From an uncultured Mycoplasmatota bacterium (GTDB lineage Bacteria; Bacillota_I; Bacilli_A; RF39; UBA660), in contig CAMIXH010000001.1 in assembly GCA_946402735.1 (NCBI GenBank), positions 5,983-69,982 of the forward strand: a DNA stretch of 64,000 nucleotides. The letters are read 5' to 3'. Below are positions 59,255-64,000 of this stretch, piece after piece. Under the pieces are notes generated by a model. It did no database searches. It saw only the letters and a list, made by a program, of their open reading frames with translations, and was not told where the DNA came from. The number at the start of each line of letters is the position of its first letter. Position 1 is the stretch's first letter. The translations under genes were made by a program, and so were the position numbers.

Positions 59255-60973
59255 ATGGGAAGAAAGGTAGCAATTTATGCAAGAGTATCTACTGAACATG
59301 AAGCTCAGATAAATGCATTAGAAAATCAAATTCAGTATTATGATAATAAATTAAGTGAACATCCCGATTGGGAATTATATGATAGATATATAGATGAAGG
59401 AATAACAGGAACTTCTGTTAATAAAAGAAAGAATTTTATGAGAATGCTTAAGGATGCAGAAAAGGGCTGCTTTGATTTAATTATTACTCGTGAAGTATCT
59501 CGATTTGCAAGAAATACAGTTGATACTTTACTTGAAACGAGAAAGTTAAAAAGAATGGGAGTTGAAGTTTATTTTACAGAAGATAATATTTGGACTTTTA
59601 AAGATGAAGATGGCGAATTAAAATTAACTTTAATGGCAACACTTGCTCAAAATGAAAGTAAAAAAACATCAATGAGAGTAAAAGCAGGGCAAAAAATTTC
59701 GTTCCAAAATGGTGTATATTATGGTAGTGGAAATATTATGGGATATGATCGTGTCGGAAAAGATGCTGTAGTCAATGAAGATCAAGCTAAAATTGTAAGA
59801 TTAATATTTCAATTATTTTTAGAAGGTAAGGGTGTAACTAAGATAAAATATGAACTTGAACAAAGAGGAATCCCAACTGCCACAGGTTTGAAAGTTTGGA
59901 ATGTTGCAACTATTTCAAGAATGCTTCAAAATTCATTTTACTGTGGAACAGTAGTTTATAATAAAGAATTTACTGCAGATTATTTAGAACAAAAGAAAAG
60001 AAAGAATCATGGTGAAGTAGAACAAACAATAGTTGAAGGAAAACATGTTCCAATTATTTCAAAAGAAGATTTTGAAGCTGTTCAAAAATTAATAAAAAAA
60101 CACTCAATATATTTAGAAGATGGCATAAGGAAAAAATTGATAGGTTCACCTAGAAATATATGGTCTCAAAAACTAATATGCCATTGTGGTTCTAGATTCA
60201 ATAGAAGAGTCTATAGTGGAGCAGGTACAGATCATCAATTATATTCTTATTATTGCTATAAGCAAAAAAATGAAGGCTCTGCTAGAAAAAGAAAAGAGCT
60301 TGGACTTGATTATGAAGGATTTTGCGATGTAGTACAAATTAATGAATGGAAACTAGAATTAATGTTTAGTGTTTTACTAAAAAATCTTATCAAAAATAAA
60401 GATAAATTAAGAACTATTGCAAAAACTGCAATTGAAAGTAGTGCATTAGCTGAAACAGTTAATAATGAAATACTTAATGAAATAAAAGAAATAAATATTA
60501 AATTAACAACAAATAAATCCAGGTTAGATAAATTATTGAATGCATATCTAGATAATATGCTTACAAATGAAGAGTACTCTTCTAAAAGAAAAGAATTAGA
60601 AGATACAATTATTACATTAGAAAATAGACTTAAAGAATTAGAAGAAAATTCTAAAAATCAATCTATATCAGTAAAAGATAAAATAAATATCTTAAAACAA
60701 AAAGTAGATATGTTATTGGATATTGATACAAATGAAATAAGTGATGTATTAATAGATTCAATAGTAGATAAAATTACAGTTCATAATGATAGATATGAAT
60801 GGAAAATAAATTATATCAGTTCATCATCTGAAGAAAATGACGAGAATAATAATGGTGTATTCTTTGCTAGAATGATAATAACAGTTGATGAAATAAAAAG
60901 ATATAATGATAAAAAAAAGATATTAAAGAAGGTGTTTCAAAAAGATCCAATAGTTATGGATATATATATTTAA
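59255..60973 (+). CDS. Large serine recombinase (ICE integrase)
   Basis: YARVST, DEGITGT, REVSRFARN, recombinase domain, Zn ribbon (ICHCG...YYC) and coiled coil. Confidence 0.95.
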   Translation: MGRKVAIYARVSTEHEAQINALENQIQYYDNKLSEHPDWELYDRYIDEGITGTSVNKRKNFMRMLKDAEKGCFDLIITREVSRFARNTVDTLLETRKLKRMGVEVYFTEDNIWTFKDEDGELKLTLMATLAQNESKKTSMRVKAGQKISFQNGVYYGSGNIMGYDRVGKDAVVNEDQAKIVRLIFQLFLEGKGVTKIKYELEQRGIPTATGLKVWNVATISRMLQNSFYCGTVVYNKEFTADYLEQKKRKNHGEVEQTIVEGKHVPIISKEDFEAVQKLIKKHSIYLEDGIRKKLIGSPRNIWSQKLICHCGSRFNRRVYSGAGTDHQLYSYYCYKQKNEGSARKRKELGLDYEGFCDVVQINEWKLELMFSVLLKNLIKNKDKLRTIAKTAIESSALAETVNNEILNEIKEINIKLTTNKSRLDKLLNAYLDNMLTNEEYSSKRKELEDTIITLENRLKELEENSKNQSISVKDKINILKQKVDMLLDIDTNEISDVLIDSIVDKITVHNDRYEWKINYISSSSEENDENNNGVFFARMIITVDEIKRYNDKKKILKKVFQKDPIVMDIYI

Positions 60974-61043
60974 AGATGTTATAATTAAAGTGACATATTT
61001 GATAGAATTTATTTTTTTGATATTAATTTTTTGAAAAAATAGC

Positions 61044-61103
61044 TTCTTTACAATTCCAATTATTTACGCAGCACAAGCTGCAATTAAAGCAAAAAAGAAC
61101 TAA
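61044..61103 (+). other. attR of the ICE plus displaced ppdK tail (QAAIKAKKN*)
   Basis: GCACAAGCTGC core; the in-frame ppdK-like tail ends at TAA 61101-61103. Confidence 0.85.
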
Positions 61104-61114
61104 TATAATCAATT

Positions 61115-61142
61115 AAAAGACTAGGTGAAACTAGTCTTTTTT
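61115..61142 (+). terminator. Cassette terminator 1
   Basis: AAAAGACTAG-gtgaaa-CTAGTCTTTT plus T-tract. Confidence 0.85.
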
Positions 61143-61237
61143 GCTTACACATAAAACATTATGTTTTAAAAAAAGAGTAATGTAAAAATGTTAAATTTGT
61201 AATATAATGTAATTATAATGATTTTGGAGGAATAAAT

Positions 61238-61663
61238 ATGGAAAGAAAAATAGTTCTATTATTATTAGTTTTTGCAACTTTATTTATTATAACTGGATGT
61301 AAAAAGAAAAAAGATAATTCTGAAGGTGTAGATAGCATTAAAATTGTTTCAAATATTGAATTAGGAAAAAAACAATATATTGAACAGCTTAAAAAAGTAT
61401 CGATAGATGGTACTGACGATTATTTAATTATTACAAAAAAAATCAAATGGGAAGTGCCAGAACATGAAGACGGAGCAACAGTTAGTTTTGCGATTAATAT
61501 ACCATATACATTACACGTTGATGGTAAAGATTATAGTGCTCAATATTGTTTAAATGATTGTTACGGTCAAAATCAAGGTGTTGATGGTAACCCAAAATAT
61601 GTTTTTGAAATTACTAATTTAACAAGTAATTATGAAACTGAGATATTAGTAAATAAAAAATAG
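61238..61663 (+). CDS. Lipoprotein (cassette 1)
   Basis: Lipobox ITGC after a hydrophobic signal; GGAGG RBS. Confidence 0.8.
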   Translation: MERKIVLLLLVFATLFIITGCKKKKDNSEGVDSIKIVSNIELGKKQYIEQLKKVSIDGTDDYLIITKKIKWEVPEHEDGATVSFAINIPYTLHVDGKDYSAQYCLNDCYGQNQGVDGNPKYVFEITNLTSNYETEILVNKK

Positions 61664-61808
61664 TAGAAAATATATTGAGTTTGATAAATAGAATAAACAA
61701 ATCATTTTAGTTTTATTAATGCCGAAATATATTTAGGTATATACAACTGTAATAGAAGGAATGCTTAAAGTGTAAAAAAGTACTAAAAACAGTATAAATT
61801 TCACCATC

Positions 61809-61903
61809 CCGAATGGAGCAGTTGTACAAGCTGCAATCAAAGCAAAGAATAATTAGTTTAGTATTTAAAGACTAGATTTTTCTAGTTTTTTTTATGGTAT
61901 AAT
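61809..61903 (+). repeat. Cassette junction 2: CCGAA-N12-ppdK tail (QAAIKAKNN*)-terminator-TGnTATAAT
   Basis: Direct alignment with junctions 3 and 4. Confidence 0.85.
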
Positions 61904-61920
61904 TGACTTAGGTGGAAACT

Positions 61921-62487
61921 ATGAAAGACTTGTTTGATGTAATTCCTGTTTTAGATAATGGTAATATATGTCTAAAAAAAGTGACAATTAGTGATTTAGA
62001 GAGTATCAAAGACATGTTACTTTGTACTGATGTATATCGTTATGTTCCACCATTTGTACCAGAATTACAATGTAATGGGAATATAGAATATTTTATAAAT
62101 ACTATGTGTAAAAAATTATTCGATAAAAAAGTTGCAATTATACTTGGAATATATTCAAAATACTATAATGATCAACTTTGCGGACTATTTGAATTATATC
62201 ATTATATTTCTGATGAAATGAAAGTATCAATTGGATATCGATTGAATAAAAAATTTTGGAATAAAGGAATTGCTACTGAAGCTACTTCATTAATTATAAA
62301 TTATTTATTTAATCAAACTGATATTACCACGATATCTTCAAGCAATATGGTTGATAATCCAGCTTCAGGTAGAGTCTTAGAAAAAAATGGTTTTTTTAGA
62401 ATAGAAGAAGCTATATTAGAAGAATGGGGTTTTTCTCAAAAAGTTTATGTCGATAAATGGATACTTAAGAAAACAAAATTAAAATAA
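61921..62487 (+). CDS. GNAT N-acetyltransferase, RimJ/RimL type (cassette 2)
   Basis: IGYRLNKKFWNKGIATEA, NPASGRVLEKNGF. Confidence 0.9.
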   Translation: MKDLFDVIPVLDNGNICLKKVTISDLESIKDMLLCTDVYRYVPPFVPELQCNGNIEYFINTMCKKLFDKKVAIILGIYSKYYNDQLCGLFELYHYISDEMKVSIGYRLNKKFWNKGIATEATSLIINYLFNQTDITTISSSNMVDNPASGRVLEKNGFFRIEEAILEEWGFSQKVYVDKWILKKTKLK

Positions 62488-62611
62488 TCATTTTAGTTTT
62501 GTTCATTCCGAATGGGTACATGCTACAAGCTGCAATAAAGGCAGGAAGTAATAAATAGTAAAAAATGTAATTAAGACTAGATGACTAATCTGGTCTTTTT
62601 TATGATATAAT
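62488..62611 (+). repeat. Cassette junction 3: TCATTTTAG-N11-CCGAA-N12-ppdK tail (QAAIKAGSNK*)-terminator-TGnTATAAT
   Basis: Starts immediately after the GNAT stop codon. Confidence 0.88.
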
Positions 62612-62641
62612 ATAACACAACTAATTGAAAAGGTGATTTGT

Positions 62642-63217
62642 ATGGAATTATATCAAATAGACAATGAAATTAAGAATTGTAACTTATGTGGCTGCATGGT
62701 TGAAAAATTTAATAATGATGCAACGGTTTCTATTGGTAAAAAATCCGATATTGTAATATTAGGGGAGGCACCTGCAAATAATGGATGGAGAAAAAGCGGA
62801 ATTGCATGGCATGACGAAAATCATAAATTGTTGCCATCTGGAGTTGTTTTAGAAAGATTATTGAAATTAATTAATTATTCATTGAAAGATATATATTTTT
62901 TAGAAGCAATTAAATGTTATCCAAAGAGTAGAAAGTATTTAAAAGAGTGTAGTAATAATTGTAGAAAGTATTTGTTAGAGCAATTGCTTATTATTGATCC
63001 TAAAATAATATTAACATTAGGAGACATTGCAACAAGAACATTGCTTGATATTAAATATTCAAAATTTGGCAATGTAGCGGGGAAATGTTTTAATTATGAA
63101 GGATATGATGTTATACCAATATATCATCCCAGTCCTATTTCACCATTAAGTTATGGTGGTAATGTAGAAATATTTGAAAATGTTATCAAAGAAAAAGTAA
63201 AAGCATTAACGAAGTAA
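62642..63217 (+). CDS. Uracil-DNA glycosylase family 4-like protein (cassette 3)
   Basis: CNLC, ILGEAPA, IKCYP, PKII.TLG, PIYHPSP. Confidence 0.85.
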   Translation: MELYQIDNEIKNCNLCGCMVEKFNNDATVSIGKKSDIVILGEAPANNGWRKSGIAWHDENHKLLPSGVVLERLLKLINYSLKDIYFLEAIKCYPKSRKYLKECSNNCRKYLLEQLLIIDPKIILTLGDIATRTLLDIKYSKFGNVAGKCFNYEGYDVIPIYHPSPISPLSYGGNVEIFENVIKEKVKALTK

Positions 63218-63224
63218 ACAATTG

Positions 63225-63344
63225 TCATTTTAGTCTATTTCGTCCCGAACCTCACATGGTGACAAGCTGCAATTAAAGCAAAGAAGGAAAATAAATAATA
63301 TTAATAGAGACTAGGTAAAACTAGTCTTTTTTTTATGATATAAT
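63225..63344 (+). repeat. Cassette junction 4: TCATTTTAG-N11-CCGAA-N12-ppdK tail (QAAIKAKKENK*)-terminator-TGnTATAAT
   Basis: Same spacing as junction 3. Confidence 0.88.
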
Positions 63345-63364
63345 TGATATAGGTTGGTGATAAT

Positions 63365-64000
63365 ATGAGAATAGCTATTTTTTCTGATATACACGGGAAT
63401 AAAGAAGCACTAAAATCAATTATTGATGATATCAATAACAATAATATTGATGAAATTATTTGTTTAGGGGATACAATTGGAATTGGTCCTAATCCTAAAG
63501 AATGTATGGATATGATAATAAGTAATAATATTAAAATGGTTTTAGGTAATCATGAATTATATTTTTTAAAAGGTACTGATATAGATGATGAAATGGGAGA
63601 AGGAGAAATAAAACACCAAAATTGGATAAAGAAACAAATTACAAATGATCAAAATGAATATTTAGAAAATTGTACCTTGTATATTGAAAAGATGATAAAT
63701 AATAAGAAAATACTATTTATACATTTTCCAATTGATTATAATTCCAAAGATGATTATCCATTTCACGATTTAAAAATAGCAAAAGATGGATCAATTAGAA
63801 ATGTAATTGAATCATTGGATTATGATTTGATATTTATAGGTCATGAACATAATAATTTTTGTATAGATAATAAATTATATGATGTTGGTTCTTCTGGATG
63901 TACAAAGGATAATACTACACTATATACAATAATAGATACCAATACATTTAATGTAGAAAGAAAAAGTATTAAGTACAATAGAAAACAATTTGAAGAAGAT
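63365..64000 (+). CDS. Calcineurin-like metallophosphoesterase (cassette 4), 3'-truncated by the window edge
   Basis: MRIAIFSDIHGN, CLGD.IG.GP.P.EC, LGNHE, GHEH; not in the ORF track. Confidence 0.88.
   Translation, partial: MRIAIFSDIHGNKEALKSIIDDINNNNIDEIICLGDTIGIGPNPKECMDMIISNNIKMVLGNHELYFLKGTDIDDEMGEGEIKHQNWIKKQITNDQNEYLENCTLYIEKMINNKKILFIHFPIDYNSKDDYPFHDLKIAKDGSIRNVIESLDYDLIFIGHEHNNFCIDNKLYDVGSSGCTKDNTTLYTIIDTNTFNVERKSIKYNRKQFEED

Larger units (their letters stand above)
28868..61075 (+). mobile_element. ~32.2 kb integrative conjugative element with large serine recombinase, integrated in the 3' end of ppdK
   Basis: Flanking att repeats; VirB4, VirB6-like, VirD4, relaxase, oriT and serine recombinase genes. 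Confidence 0.9.
61073..64000 (+). mobile_element. Tandem array of single-gene cassettes each headed by a ppdK 3'-end copy (probably extends past the window)
   Basis: ACAAGCTGCAAT at 61073, 61826, 62525 and 63262, each followed by stop, terminator and one gene. Confidence 0.8.

Noticed and set aside
58217-60973. Prophage (ArpU, serine integrase, SSB and Rep-like genes)
   Set aside because: No capsid, terminase, tail or lysis genes; the conjugation module identifies an ICE
61143-61172. dif-like site (CATAA-aaca-TTATGTT)
   Set aside because: The central spacer is 4 nt rather than 6 and the outer arms do not fit; more likely an AT-rich palindrome
61073-63344. Classical integron attC sites or CRISPR repeats
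   Set aside because: No RYYYAAC...GTTRRRY attC boxes seen; spacing is gene-sized and the repeats are ppdK-tail copies
1-64000. Mycoplasma-type genetic code (TGA=Trp), and rRNA/tRNA genes
   Set aside because: Long genes are intact under code 11 with TGG for Trp and TGA as stop; I recognised no tRNA or rRNA sequence by eye

Overview
Very AT-rich chromosome segment of a low-GC Firmicute/Bacilli genome (standard code: TGG=Trp, TGA=stop; gene style resembles uncultured gut Bacilli such as RF39, which is an inference). 1-28.9 kb is backbone: der (partial), rpsL-rpsG-fusA-tuf, secreted/surface proteins, helD, rpsO-pnp, comEA-comEC, a Xer-type recombinase, tdk and ppdK. A ~32.2 kb integrative conjugative element (ICE) sits in the last codons of ppdK (attL ~28865, attR ~61071). 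It carries ParB, a thioester adhesin plus sortase, VirB2/B6/B3/B4-like genes, an M23 peptidase, oriT with a MOB_L-like relaxase, VirD4, a defence cargo block (PLD pair and a two-methylase R-M system) and a large serine recombinase. The most unusual signal follows the ICE (61.07 kb to the window end): a tandem array of ~700-750 bp single-gene cassettes (lipoprotein, GNAT, uracil-DNA glycosylase, metallophosphoesterase). Each begins with a synonymous-variant copy of the ppdK C-terminal codons plus a terminator (and, in three of the four, an adjacent extended -10 promoter), and the complete ones end in a fixed-spacing motif TCATTTTAG-N11-CCGAA-N12. This looks like an integron-like, recombinase-free cassette array stacking at the 3' end of ppdK. 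EF-G, S12 and EF-Tu also show atypical changes in normally invariant motifs.
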